A stretch of 63,342 bases of DNA, the filler included, from Octopus bimaculoides (lineage: Eukaryota): NCBI RefSeq assembly GCF_001194135.2. It is 5 parts of 5 records of this genome, joined end to end, with 100 filler letters (N's around TTAATTAATTAA, not from the genome) between each part and the next. Parts side by side here need not be neighbours in the genome. Positions count along the whole stretch, not along the records: positions 29,818 to 44,043 come from NC_069004.1; positions 44,144 to 52,793 come from NC_069007.1; 3 more parts are not named here. One strand, written 5' to 3'. Under the pieces are notes generated by a model. That model saw nothing but the letters and a program-made list of their open reading frames with translations, was not told where the DNA came from and searched no databases. Below, piece by piece: positions 38,561 through 51,069 of this stretch. The number at the start of each line of letters is the position of its first letter. Position 1 is the first letter of the stretch. The position numbers and the translations under genes were made by a program.

Positions 38561-39947
38561 TGTCCATCTTCTCCTCATTGACTGACATTCGAAGACAGCT
38601 GCTCCAACAAAAGCCGAAATTATTTGGTTGAACGCCACGCATCCATCTCCAAGTAAGTTTATCTTAATATTTTTGATGAGACTCTATTACATACTGTTCT
38701 CTTCCCCTATCGTTTTCTCTCTTATTCTTCCTCTAATTCCAATTTTTTCCTTTCATCGTTTTCTCTCTGTCTCTCTCTCTCCCTCTTTCTCCTTTTACTC
38801 TCTCTCTCGATGCTCACACGTGACCATCGTCCATCTTTCTTTTCCTCACGTGATCATCTTTCTTTTCCTTCAAGGCTATCGTAAAAACTGCACGTATCCT
38901 ATCTATCTCTCTCTTGTATCTTTTCTCTTGTCAAAGAAAATATTTCTCGAGCGTTCGCTAATTTACCTTCGTCTGGTCTAACGACCCTCTATGTTTGTTT
39001 CTGTTCGGTTTCCTTGTATGTTGCCACAGCCCTCATTTTGTTACCAACTCTGACCCTCCATAAATCCCAAATTTTATTTTGGCTTTTGTGGGAGCACCTG
39101 CCTTTGAAGACTCATATTGTCGGTCACTGCTCAAAATGAGGCGTAGATAGACAACCGACAACTGATGAAGGATCGTTCTTAATGTCATTTGTCCTGTTTT
39201 CCATTTGTTTCAAGCGTTGTTTGCATATTGAGCACGTTTGTTTTCGTATTTCATGCTGCTTACGGTTTCTGACGTCCTGTANNNNNNNNNNNNNNNNNNN
39301 NNNNNNNNNNNNNNNNNNNNNNNNNNNNNNNNNNNNNNNNNNNNNNNNNNNNNNNNNNNNNNNNNNNNNNNNNNNNNNNNNNNNNNNNNNNNNNNNNNNN
39401 NNNNNNNNNNNNNNNNNNNNNNNNNNNNNNNNNNNNNNNNNNNNNNNNNNNNNNNNNNNNNNNNNNNNNNNNNNNNNNNNNNNNNNNNNNNNNNNNNNNN
39501 NNNNNNNNNNNNNNNNNNNNNNNNNNNNNNNNNNNNNNNNNNNNNNNNNNNNNNNNNNNNNNNNNNNNNNNNNNNNNNNNNNNNNNNNNNNNNNNNNNNN
39601 NNNNNNNNNNNNNNNNNNNNNNNNNNNNNNNNNNNNNNNNNNNNNNNNNNNNNNNNNNNNNNNNNNNNNNNNNNNNNNNNNNNNNNNNNNNNNNNNNNNN
39701 NNNNNNNNNNNNNNNNNNNNNNNNNNNNNNNNNNNNNNNNNNNNNNNNNNNNNNNNNNNNNNNNNNNNNNNNNNNNNNNNNNNNNNNNNNNNNNNNNNNN
39801 NNNNNNNNNNNNNNNNNNNNNNNNNNNNNNNNNNNNNNNNNNNNTATATATAAATGCAAATACATAATTATTTAAATATAATTATAATATGAGTACTAAT
39901 GAGTACCACTATATGCTAGAGATAGACGTCAAATTTCTCTAAAACTA

Positions 39948-41148
39948 TTAGGTTGGCAACTAAGTTCCCGCCGTTTTTTTAAAAATTAACCATTTTAAAA
40001 GGTTTAATAAAACTAACAACTAATGTATTCACCCTTGTTGTTTACAACTTCTTCCCAACGTTCAACAAGATTTTCAATACCTCATTGGTAGAAATCACCC
40101 GATTTCGACTGGAAGAATTGATCCAACCAAGCTTTTAATTCTGCATCAGTAATGAACGAAACTCCGCGCATAGCATTTGAAAGAGACCGAAAGAAGTGGA
40201 AATCCGTTGGTGTCAAATCAGGAGAGTACGGCGGGTGTGGCAGCACTTCCCACCCATGCGTTTGAATGGCTTCCTTGATCATATTGGCGATATAATGGTG
40301 GGCGTTGTCGTGCAGCAGAAGAACTCCATGCTGCCGATTAGATTTTTTCTTTTGGATAGCCGTGTTGAGTCGTTCCATCTGTTGAACATAAAGTTCCGCG
40401 TTGACTGTTTGATTCCGTTCAAGCAATTTGTAATGGATAATCCCTTCCCAGATCAACCATACGCACAACATCGTTTTATGCGGATGAAGATCTTGTTTCA
40501 CGCGCGGTGTCGCTTGTTTACCGGGGCTAATCGTTGCTTGTGTCCATGAGTTGAGCGGTGACGAGCAAGCAAACCAGCGGAGATTGTGGCTCATTGATTT
40601 TTGTTGTTGTCACTTAAAGCATGCGGAACCCATGCTCCATCCTTCTGAACCTTTCCCATCGAGTGAAGATTCTTCTCTATAACAGTGTGGGAGCATACCA
40701 TCTTCTCTGCTAGTTCCCTTGTCGTTTGACGAGAATTTTCGTGCAAAAGTTGGTTTAATCGCTCTTCATCGAACTCAACAGAACGAGGTGCGTCTTTGAG
40801 GTCAAAGTTTCCATTTTTGACCCTGGCATATCAATCATGAGCGGTTCTTTCAGCTATGGCACCCTCTCCATACAAAGCACAAATGTCGCGAGCAGCTTTT
40901 GCGACCTTAAAACCTTGATTAAAAGCAAAAAGAATGAGGTGTTGTTTTTCTTAACTTGACATTCCATTTTAATGATCTGAAAATAAACAAAAATTATCTA
41001 AAATTAACTAGAAAAAACAAAATCAAAACAAAATAGATTCCGAAATGATTCAAAATTAGAATTCTCGAAAAAAATAGATTTCTAAATTTAAAAATGCAAT
41101 AAATTCCAAAATTTAAAAAACTGCGTGAACTTAGTTGCCAACCCCCAA
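39948..41148 (-). mobile_element. Mariner (D,D34D-type) transposon, near full length, defective
   Basis: TIRs ttaggttggcaactaagttc / gaacttagttgccaacc(ccc)aa, TA flanks at 39946-47 and 41149-50; transposase from ATG ~40967 with WVPHAL and PYSPDLTPTDFHFF motifs, plus stops and frameshifts. Confidence 0.92.
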
Positions 41149-41164
41149 TACATGATGTACTCCA

Positions 41165-41275
41165 ATACATGATGGTACCTTGGGCAAGTGTTTTCCATTA
41201 TAGCCTCGGGCCGACCAAAGCCTTATAAGTGGATTTGATAGACAGAAACTGAAAGAAACCCGTCGTATATATATN
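41165..41275 (+). mobile_element. SINE family D 5' part
   Basis: ggtaccttgggcaagtgttttccattatagcctcgggccgaccaaagcc..gaaactgaaagaaacccgtcg followed by (TA)n. Confidence 0.75.
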
Positions 41276-41490
41276 NNNNNNNNNNNNNNNNNNNNNNNNN
41301 NNNNNNNNNNNNNNNNNNNNNNNNNNNNNNNNNNNNNNNNNNNNNNNNNNNNNNNNNNNNNNNNNNNNNNNNNNNNNNNNNNNNNNNNNNNNNNNNNNNN
41401 NNNNNNNNNNNNNNNNNNNNNNNNNNNNNNNNNNNNNNNNNNNNNNNNNNNNNNNNNNNNNNNNNNNNNNNNNNNNNNNNNNNNNNNNNN

Positions 41491-41522
<32 letters not shown>

Positions 41523-42520
41523 CTCCTTTCACTTTCCGCGTGCTACGGTCAGCCCTAGATTATAGTACAAGATTGAACCTTGAACCATGTAGCTGGGTAG
41601 CAAGAGTCTTACCACACAAGCACAATAGACCACTAATATGTAATTTCTAGATTTTTTGCGTTGTTGTGTGCTACCTAACAATCTAGCTAAGAACATACGT
41701 AGCAACGCAATCTGCACATCATACACCCATCTGATGCTACACTCTATACACACCACAATAAGTGTTATATACATCATCAATACAATTTATTATACGTACT
41801 ACCTCTAATTTTAATCTTGATTTTGGCGAGTAATGTTTTTTTTTCTTCTTCTTTTGCAATGGATAACAGCACCAGGTTGGTACACGTTACAGCTAAGTAG
41901 ACTGCGTTCACGCAAAATGCCCCCCACGACAAATACGTTAGCTCTACATGCATTCTTTTATAGAATGACACCTCTTCCCACAGAGTATCTATGGCTATTT
42001 TATTAATTAGGTAAAATGCAAAACTGAAATTTACTGCCAAAATTCAGTAGACGTAAATAAACTATAAAAGCAGACGGGGATTAACCGACAAACAATTTTA
42101 AATCTGGAGATGAAGGAAGATTTTATCAGTGATGACATTTGCCACTTCCTCCTCTTTTCCCTCTTCCACTCCCTCCTCCTCTGTCCTAAGTGTCTCGTCA
42201 GGGATAATTTGCTGTACTGTTGATGACGGATAATGTGGCAGAAACTTGTCTACACAGCCGTCTCTAGACAATCAGACTATTCTTTTGTTAATGACATGGT
42301 AATTGTCGAAAATTCTTTATTCTTTGAGATTATCTCCTCTTCTAGCGTAGGGTTGCTATCAATTGCCACTAAGCGATTGATCTACCCTCTCCCAAAGAGT
42401 CAATCGCTTCTGTTTTAATGAATGAAGAATGCATCTTGTATGTTATTTATTATATCTTATTCGTCATTGTTGTTGAAATGTATGCCACTGGCACTGTGTT
42501 ATTTTTCTGCACTCATTTTC

Positions 42521-42554
<34 letters not shown>

Positions 42555-42918
42555 ATGATGATGATGATGATGATGATGATATGATATATATTTATTTATC
42601 CCTCTCTCTATGTATATATCTATTTTGTTTACAAAATTACAGGAGGTGTATACACATAAAATGTGAATATATGATTGTGCTTTTTGTAAGACATATAGAG
42701 GTGTGTACATGTACGATTGTATATGTATATATNNNNNNNNNNNNNNNNNNNNNNNNNNNNNNNNNNNNNNNNNNNNNNNNNNNNNNNNNNNNNNNNNNNN
42801 NNNNNNNNNNNNNNNNNNNNNNNNNNNNNNNNNNNNNNNNNNNNNNNNNNNNNNNNNNNNNNNNNNNNNNNNNNNNNNNNNNNNNNNNNNNNNNNNNNNN
42901 NNNNNNNNNNNNNNNNNN

Positions 42919-42963
<45 letters not shown>

Positions 42964-43700
42964 GTTTTGTCGAGATTAGCATTGATATTCTAGTGGGCCA
43001 ACAAATATATTTAATTAATGTAAATCAAAGCCAGTAGCGACGAATAAATCAGTTAACTTTAATGAATATGCCCGTGTCAAGAGAGATCACTCCGAAATCC
43101 CAGTTAATTAAAACATCAATGCCGGGGTGCATGCAGGAGAGAGCAAGTCTGATCCTTATCATGCGTGTTCAAAGCTACAGACAAGTTTCGGCATTTTTGT
43201 CCCTTTTCAGTGATGTGTATATTAACTAACCATTTGGTACCAGATCCTGGAAAATAATACAGTAACAATTCTAAATAATAAAAAGCATTTACTTTTTACA
43301 TAGCTTAAAATAATGATTGATAAATATCTGAGGGGTGCCTTTTGTAAGAAAAGACATAGTTAAGTAGAAGTAAAATAGCCTTAAGTAGTTTGTTTTGAAT
43401 TACATATAGTTTACATATAATGGGTGATATAGATACACTCATACATACGTACAAACACAGACACACACATTTATACATATACGCATACATAAATACATAT
43501 ATAGGTATATATATATATACATACACCTCCCCGCCTAAACACACATATGCTCACACCCACATCTGCATACGCTGTTTTCTTTTCCCAAAAATAACCCGAT
43601 ATATTATCTTAAAATAGTGTCTTTCTCCCATCAGTAAATATACTTACCTATGTACATAAATATGTATATATGTACGTATGTATTTATGTATGTATGTATG

Positions 43701-43751
<51 letters not shown>

Positions 43752-44164
43752 GTACATGTTTGCCTATCTATTTACACACACACGCATACACACATACGCA
43801 TACACAGACACGCATACACACATATCCATGCATATTGATTGGAACTCTCCAAACTCAAAACAACCATATATTTTATGGAAGCATTCTATATTTTCTCCCA
43901 TCAATACAGCTATATATATGTTTTTTCCCAAATATACTGTTTGTAGTATTTCTTACACAATACAACATTATATTATATTATATTACATACACAGACACGC
44001 ACACACACGCATATATGCGGTCATATATATATATATATATATANNNNNNNNNNNNNNNNNNNNNNNNNNNNNNNNNNNNNNNNNNNNTTAATTAATTAAN
44101 NNNNNNNNNNNNNNNNNNNNNNNNNNNNNNNNNNNNNNNNNNNATATATATATATATATATACT

Positions 44165-44575
44165 CTCTTTACTCTTTTACTTTTTCAGTCATTTGACTGT
44201 GGCCATGCTGGAGCACCGCCTTTAGTCAAATAAATCGACCCCAGGACTTATTCTTTCGAAGCCTAGTACTTATTCTCTCGGTCTCTTTTGCCGAACCACT
44301 AAGTTATGGGGATGTAAACATACCACCATCGGTTGTCAAGTGATGTTGGGGGGACAAACACAGACACACAAACATATATACTCACATACATACATATATA
44401 TATATACATACACACGACGGGCTTCTTTCAGTTTCCGTCTACCAAATCCACTAACAAGGCTTTGGTCGGCCTGAGGCTATAATAGAAGACACTTGCCCAA
44501 GATGCCACGCAGCAGGAATGAACCCGGAAGCATGTGGTTGGTAAGCAAGCTACTTACCACAGAGCCACTCCTGTG
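44165..44575 (-). mobile_element. SINE family D, full length with internal (CA/TA)n
   Basis: Both halves are present around the microsatellite at ~44375-44415; mirrors 62009-62475. Confidence 0.85.
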
Positions 44576-44611
<36 letters not shown>

Positions 44612-44659
44612 NNNNNNNNNNGCTCTTTAATTCTTTAATTAGATTTAGCTCTAGAGCTG

Positions 44660-44890
44660 TGAACATGTTGAGGCACTACCATTTAAATAAAGAAGAAATG
44701 ATCAAATGAGCAAATGGTGGCTGCCAGGTTGTGAGATGAAATGGGTCCTCAACAGCAAAAACAAGGGCACTCATGTGCAGATGGATGAGAAAGAGATGCT
44801 ATATCAAGGATTCACTGACATTGTAGGACCCAAGAAGTACATTGCTATGTTGGGGATCACTAACATTAAACAGAAGAGAACAACGAGAAC
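44660..44890 (+). pseudogene. Possible LINE APE-endonuclease relic
   Basis: MDEKEMLYQGFTDIVGPKKYIAMLGITN resembles 'EK..FY..L........I.LGDFN'. Confidence 0.35.
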
Positions 44891-45950
44891 TACCCTTCGA
44901 AACAATTACCTCATCCATTCGAGATACACACTCACACAAACACACACACATGCAAGCACACACACACACATGCAAACGCACACGCACACACACACACACA
45001 CATGCAAGCACACACACACGTAAACACACACACACACATGCAAACACACACACATAGATACGTACACACACACACACANNNNNNNNNNNNNNNNNNNNNN
45101 NNNNNNNNNNNNNNNNNNNNNNNNNNNNNNNNNNNNNNNNNNNNNNNNNNNNNNNNNNNNNNNNNNNNNNNNNNNNNNNNNNNNNNNNNNNNNNNNNNNN
45201 NNNNNNNNNNNNNNNNNNNNNNNNNNNNNNNNNNNNNNNNNNNNNNNNNNNNNNNNNNNNNNNNNNNNNNNNNNNNNNNNNNNNNNNNNNNNNNNNNNNN
45301 NNNNNNNNNNNNNNNNNNNNNNNNNNNNNNNNNNNNNNNNNNNNNNNNNNNNNNNNNNNNNNNNNNNNNNNNNNNNNNNNNNNNNNNNNNNNNNNNNNNN
45401 NNNNNNNNNNNNNNNNNNNNNNNNNNNNNNNNNNNNNNNNNNNNNNNNNNNNNNNNNNNNNNNNNNNNNNNNNNNNNNNNNNNNNNNNNNNNNNNNNNNN
45501 NNNNNNNNNNNNNNNNNNNNNNNNNNNNNNNNNNNNNNNNNNNNNNNNNNNNNNNNNNNNNNNNNNNNNNNNNNNNNNNNNNNNNNNNNNNNNNNNNNNN
45601 NNNNNNNNNNNNNNNNNNNNNNNNNNNNNNNNNNNNNNNNNNNNNNNNNNNNNNNNNNNNNNNNNNNNNNNNNNNNNNNNNNNNNNNNNNNNNNNNNNNN
45701 NNNNNNNNNNNNNNNNNNNNNNNNNNNNNNNNNNNNNNNNNNNNNNNNNNNNNNNNNNNNNNNNNNNNNNNNNNNNNNNNNNNNNNNNNNNNNNNNNNNN
45801 NNNNNNNNNNNNNNNNNNNNNNNNNNNNNNNNNNNNNNNNNNNNNNNNNNNNNNNNNNNNNNNNNNNNNNNNNNNNNNNNNNNNNNNNNNNNNNNNNNNN
45901 NNNNNNNNNNNNNNNNNNNNNNNNNNNNNNNNNNNNNNNNNNNNNNNNNG

Positions 45951-46225
45951 TACCCTTAACGTAGTTCTCGGGGGATATTAAGCGTGACACAGAATGTGAC
46001 AAGGCTGACCCTTTGAATTACAGGCACAACAGAAACAGGAAGAAAGAGTGAGAGAAAGTTGTGGTGGAAGAGTACAGCAGGGTTCACCACCATCTCCTGG
46101 TGGAGCCTCGTGGAGCTTTGGGTGTTTTTGCTCAATAAACACTCACAACGCCCGGTCTGGGAATCGAAACCGCGATCCTATAACTGCGAGTTCGCTGCCC
46201 TAACCACTGGGCCATTGCGACTCCA
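45951..46225 (-). mobile_element. SINE family A copy (gap-truncated)
   Basis: Homologous to 3190-3458. Confidence 0.85.
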
Positions 46226-46416
46226 CTCTGTCAATGTAATGATTGTTTATTCATGTTGGTTTGAATTAATTCATGCATTATCTTGAAGCATTGAGATTTC
46301 AATGATGTGATTGTTTATTCATAGAATGACAGTGTAAGGTAGGTGTGAGAGGCTGGATGTGGCTAGATTGAACATAAAACAGGTTGAAATATTTGGGTCT
46401 GGTATGGTTGGTTCAA

Positions 46417-46636
46417 CCTTTTAGCATTCGGATTATTCTGTGAAATGCAATGCTTATTACATCTCGTTCTTTTGAATTAATCCCACATTATCTCATAGCT
46501 TTGAGATTTTGATAATGAAATTGTTTATTTTTAGAATGACATTGTAGGGCAGGAGTGAGAAGCCAGATCTGACCAGTTTGAGCATAAAATGTGTAGAGTA
46601 TTTTGACCTGTTATGGCTGGTTTAAATGCTAAAGGG
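46417..46636. mobile_element. piggyBac-type MITE (~220 bp), preceded by a truncated tandem sister copy (46226-46416)
   Basis: Ends ccttttagcatt / aatgctaaaggg, flanks tcaa / ttaa; internal sequence repeated in 46270-46415. Confidence 0.6.
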
Positions 46637-46759
46637 TTAAAAAATGGGTTTCCAAAGTTTTTGTGGTCACATCACTATGACTCTATGCTGAAGGTACATA
46701 ACAACTCACTGTTCTTATTTTGTTTCATTGATGGTCACAGAGAAGACAGTGGTGGGAAC

Positions 46760-47605
46760 AGTAACGGTCATCTGCTGAATTAGGTCTGTGACTTCTGTAT
46801 TCATAACCCTTCAATGGAAGAAGCCCAACATTTCCCTAAGGACCAAGATCTGTCTTTTCCACATGCTGGTTTTGCCTGTCACCCTCTACAGTGGTGAGGC
46901 CTGGACCAGGGGTTTTCAAACTTTTTCACTTGCGGACCCCTTTATATTTCAGGCTATAAACGCTTATGAAATTTATACATAAATATTTGCTTAAAATAAC
47001 ATATATTTTTACATTTATTTATTTAACAGTATTTAACAAAATAGGTTTATTGTCAATTAAAAGATTTCGATTAAAAAACATATATAAAATCAAATTGCCC
47101 ATAAAAAGTATTTGCTGTCCACGGACACCCTGTCTTGTCCTTGCGGACGCCCTGTGGTCTGCGGACCACAGTTTGAAAACCCCTGGCCTGGACCATCCTC
47201 AAACAAGGCCTGAATAAACCTGAGATGTTCCAGATGCAGTGTTGTCATGAGATCCTTGGTGTCTCCCTACATGACCAAATCTCAAGAACAATGCCAGCAA
47301 CAGCAGCTGACCATTGAAGACCAACTCCAGCACAGGCTACAGTGGTTTGGTCACATCTGCAGGATGAACACTAGAAGACTACCACACCAACTTTTGTGGT
47401 GGCAGTGACCCATGCATCAAAGAATCCAATGGAACGCATCAAAGAAGACAAATTGAGGAAGACCTGAAGTGTGTGCTGATGCCAGCAGAATGGGTTGGCA
47501 AGCGTGGAATGAGATCCTCACCAGAGTTTGTCATCCAGCAGCACCCACATTATCAGGGTATTGGTGGAGAGGACAGCCACCCACTTCTGGTTGCCAACTA
47601 GGGAT
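46760..47605 (+). pseudogene. RTE-clade LINE 3' region, interrupted by a hAT MITE and ending in a (GAA)n tail
   Basis: Removing the MITE and one TSD gives WKKPNISLRTKICLFHMLVLPVTLYSGEAWTILKQ..EILGVSLHDQI; LQWFGHICRM..RLP follows downstream. Confidence 0.8.
46907..47185. mobile_element. hAT (Charlie-like) MITE, 279 bp, 8-bp TSD GCCTGGAC
   Basis: TIR CAGGGGTTTTCAAACT / AGTTTGAAAACCCCTG; TSD at 46899-46906 and 47186-47193. Confidence 0.92.
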
Positions 47606-48264
47606 TGAAGAAGAAGAAGAAGAAGAAGAAGAAGAAGAAGGACGAAGAAGAAGAAGAACGAAAAAGGAGAAGAATGAAGGAGAAGAAGAAGAATGAAGAA
47701 GAATGAAGAAGGTGAAGAAGAAGAAGAATGAAGAAGAAAAAAAGAAGAATGAAGAAGAAAAAAAAGAAGAATGAAGAAGAAGAAGAAGAAGAAAAAGAAG
47801 GACGAAGAAGAAGAAGAATGAAGAAGGAGAAGAAGAAGAAGAATGAAGAAGAAAAAAAGAAGAATGAAGAAGAAAAAAAAGAAGAATGAAGAAGAAGAAG
47901 AAGAAAAAGAAGGACGAAGAAGAAGAAGAATGAAGAAGGAGAAGAAGAAGGATGAAGAAGAAGAAGGACGAAGACAAAGAATGAAGAAGAAGAATGAAAA
48001 AGAAGAAGAAAAAGAAGAAGAAGAAGAAAAGAAGAGGAAGAAGAAGGACGAAGAAGAAGAAGAAGAATGAAGAAGGAGAAGAAGAAGAAGGATGAAGAAG
48101 AATGAAGAAGGTGAAGAAGAATGAAGAAGGTGAAGAAGAAGAATGAAGAAGAAAAAAAAAGAATGAAGAAGAATGAAGAATGAAGAAGAGTGAAGAAGAG
48201 GAAGAAGAAAAAGAAGGACGAAGAAGAATGAAGAAGGAGAAGAAGAAGAAGGACGAAGAAGAAG
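47606..48264. repeat. Compound (GAA)n array with GAAT/GGAC variants
   Basis: Direct reading; runs into an N gap. Confidence 0.95.
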
Positions 48265-48719
48265 GNNNNNNNNNNNNNNNNNNNNNNNNNNNNNNNNNNN
48301 NNNNNNNNNNNNNNNNNNNNNNNNNNNNNNNNNNNNNNNNNNNNNNNNNNNNNNNNNNNNNNNNNNNNNNNNNNNNNNNNNNNNNNNNNNNNNNNNNNNN
48401 NNNNNNNNNNNNNNNNNNNNNNNNNNNNNNNNNNNNNNNNNNNNNNNNNNNNNNNNNNNNNNNNNNNNNNNNNNNNNNNNNNNNNNNNNNNNNNNNNNNN
48501 NNNNNNNNNNNNNNNNNNNNNNNNNNNNNNNNNNNNNNNNNNNNNNNNNNNNNNNNNNNNNNNNNNNNNNNNNNNNNNNNNNNNNNNNNNNNNNNNNNNN
48601 NNNNNNNNNNNNNNNNNNNNNNNNNNNNNNNNNNNNNNNNNNNNNNNNNNNNNNNNNNNNNNNNNNNNNNNNNNNNNNNNNNNNNNNNNNNNNNNNNNNN
48701 NNNNNATTCCAGGCAGTGA

Positions 48720-48769
<50 letters not shown>

Positions 48770-48821
48770 TCATCAAAAAATAACTTAGGAATGAGAACCC
48801 AGGTTCGAAATTTCCCCCCAA

Positions 48822-48864
48822 GACACCTGATGAAGGCTGGTGGGTATATCAGCCGAAACATGTT
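48822..48864 (+). ncRNA. Minimal hammerhead ribozyme motif, degenerate copy 1
   Basis: gacac-CTGATGA-a-GGCTG-gtgggtatat-CAGCC-GAAAC-atgtt; a deletion damages stem III and the cleavage site. Confidence 0.45.
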
Positions 48865-49080
48865 AACAACAAACAAGATGAGGACAAATATCCGTCAAAT
48901 GTAAATAATGTAAATAAAAGCATTTCTTATTGCTCCAGTCCACTCAGCTGGTAAAGATGAGTAATCCTGTGACTGACCGATGTCCTGCTCAAGAAGGAAT
49001 ATATTATATAAGCCAGAGAAACTGAGAAACTAACCCTATACTCCTTATGTTGTAATGTGGACTTGCTGATGTATGTATGT

Positions 49081-49335
49081 GGAGCTGTATGGCTTAATGG
49101 TTAGGGTTTTGGATTAATAACCATAAGACTATGGTCTCGATTCCTGGACTGAGTGATGATTTGTGTTCTTGAGCAAAATACTTCATTTCACCTTGTTCCA
49201 GTTCACTCAGCCAGCAAGAATGAGTCATCCTGCGGCGGACTGGCGTCTCATCCACATTAGCAATACATACGCCATAGAAACTAGGAAAATCGTCCTTATG
49301 AGTCAGCATGACTCAAGAAGAAAATCTTACCTTAA
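49081..49335 (+). mobile_element. SINE family F copy
   Basis: tggcttaatggttagg..gtctcgattcctgg..gttcttgagcaaaatacttcatttcac. Confidence 0.75.
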
Positions 49336-49364
49336 CCTACATGGCTTTATGCTTTGTGCTATGA

Positions 49365-49401
49365 GGTTAGGGTTAGGGTTAGGGTTAGGGTTAGGGTTAG
49401 G
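49365..49401 (+). repeat. Interstitial telomere-type repeat (TTAGGG)5 plus a partial unit
   Basis: Direct reading, 49367-49401. Confidence 0.9.
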
Positions 49402-50367
49402 AATCCATAAAATGATGGCATAGGAATTTAGAATTTTCTTTATGAGGAACCTGAAAAGTGGAACAGTTCCAAGAAAATCTATCAGTTTTATGTCAAGGAG
49501 ACCATATAACTTCTTGACACTGATGTACCCCGTGAAATCTCTCAACAATGGACAAGAATTCATTGCATAATATTCTGACAGAAATTTTAATAATCTAAAT
49601 GAACTAAATAATTAAAAATTATCTTTGTCTTTCAAGAAATATTTTTAATATTTTCTTTCTTTGTGCCATGACAATTCCAAATAATGGTTAATCAAAAAAA
49701 ATGAAAAAGAAACTCCAAACAGAATAAATAAAATAAAGAAATCAAAAAAAAAAATTCTATGTTTTATGTATGAGAAAAACTTCAACAGCTTTCTAAAATT
49801 ATCTTGATTATAAAAATATTATTGGGGAAAGAGAAAAAGAAAACCGTTTTCATGAGTTTTATCTTTGGTAATATTTTTATTTATTTTTGCAGTCAGTTTT
49901 AAAACATTGCTATACAAGTCTTGCACAAGCAGAGAAAATTCTCCATAGACTGGGAAAATGGTCTTGGAAACGAAATAGGAAAGCCAAAATGATTAATAAT
50001 TGCAATCATATTAAAATTCCATTTCCGAAAAGTCTATTTGTCTTTATTTCTTACGCTACTCAAAACAATGAATCTAAAAATAAAATAAAAATATAATAGA
50101 ATAAAACAAACAAGAATTAGCTTGAAACCGTTTGCAGCAGTTCCAGTTTGGCTCATAACATATCCATAATTGTTCTGTGTTGTAGGATATACCAAAAACA
50201 GGAAAGATTGGTAATTCCATTCTTTGGTTTTTGTTCTAAATAGACTGGCAGTCTACCAGGCACAACAGACATCTCTTTAATTATGAAATATTATATATCA
50301 TCATAGGGATTGCCATATAAAGAAAGGAGACAAAATTCTGAGCCTTTTATATCAACTAGAGATTTAC

Positions 50368-50412
<45 letters not shown>

Positions 50413-50491
50413 GTAACCGAAACAATAACTATAATACTGATAATAATTGAAGAAGTAATAATAGTAATAATAACAGTAGTAATGGTGGTAG

Positions 50492-50522
<31 letters not shown>

Positions 50523-50642
50523 GATAATAATAATTTGCAGAAAGAGACCCTGTGAGGTCTCTGACAATCGGATGCTGTCTGCTCTCACAGAATCAACCAG
50601 AGGAAACAAGACCAAGCGCTCAGAGAAGTAAGACAATAATAT

Positions 50643-51028
50643 GTGTTGGCACTCCGTCGCTTACGACAACGAGGGTTCCTGTTGATCCGATCAACAGAAC
50701 AGCCTACTTGTGAAATTAACGTGCAAGTGGCTGAGCACTCCACAGACACATGTACTCTTAACTTAGTTCTAGGGGATATTCAGCGTGACACAGATTGTGA
50801 CAAGGCTGACCCTTTGAATTACAGGCACAACAGAAACAGGAAGTAAGAGTGAGAGAAAGTTGTGGTGGAAGAGTAAAGCAGGGTTCGCCACCAATCCCCT
50901 GCCGGAGCCTCGTGGAGCTTTAGGTGCTTTTGCTCAGTAAACACTCACAATGCCAGGTCTGGGAATCGAAACCGCGATCCTATGACCGCGAGTTCGCTGC
51001 CCTAAGCACTGGGCCATTGCACCTCCAC
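50643..51028 (-). mobile_element. SINE family A, full length with a 13-bp TSD AAGACAATAATAT
   Basis: TSD at 50630-50642 and 51029-51041. Confidence 0.9.
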
Positions 51029-51069
51029 AAGACAATAATATTATAATAATAAAAATAAAAATAATACTG

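Noticed and set aside
41777-42040. 87-aa ORF with WGAFC (Tc1-like) and, in another frame, FVVGG..YQP (Kelch-like)
   Set aside because: The motif matches are short and ambiguous, with no supporting neighbouring motifs or splice sites.
47518-48876. 400-450 aa ORFs rich in Ser/Phe or Lys/Glu
   Set aside because: They are translations of the (GAA)n array plus an N gap.
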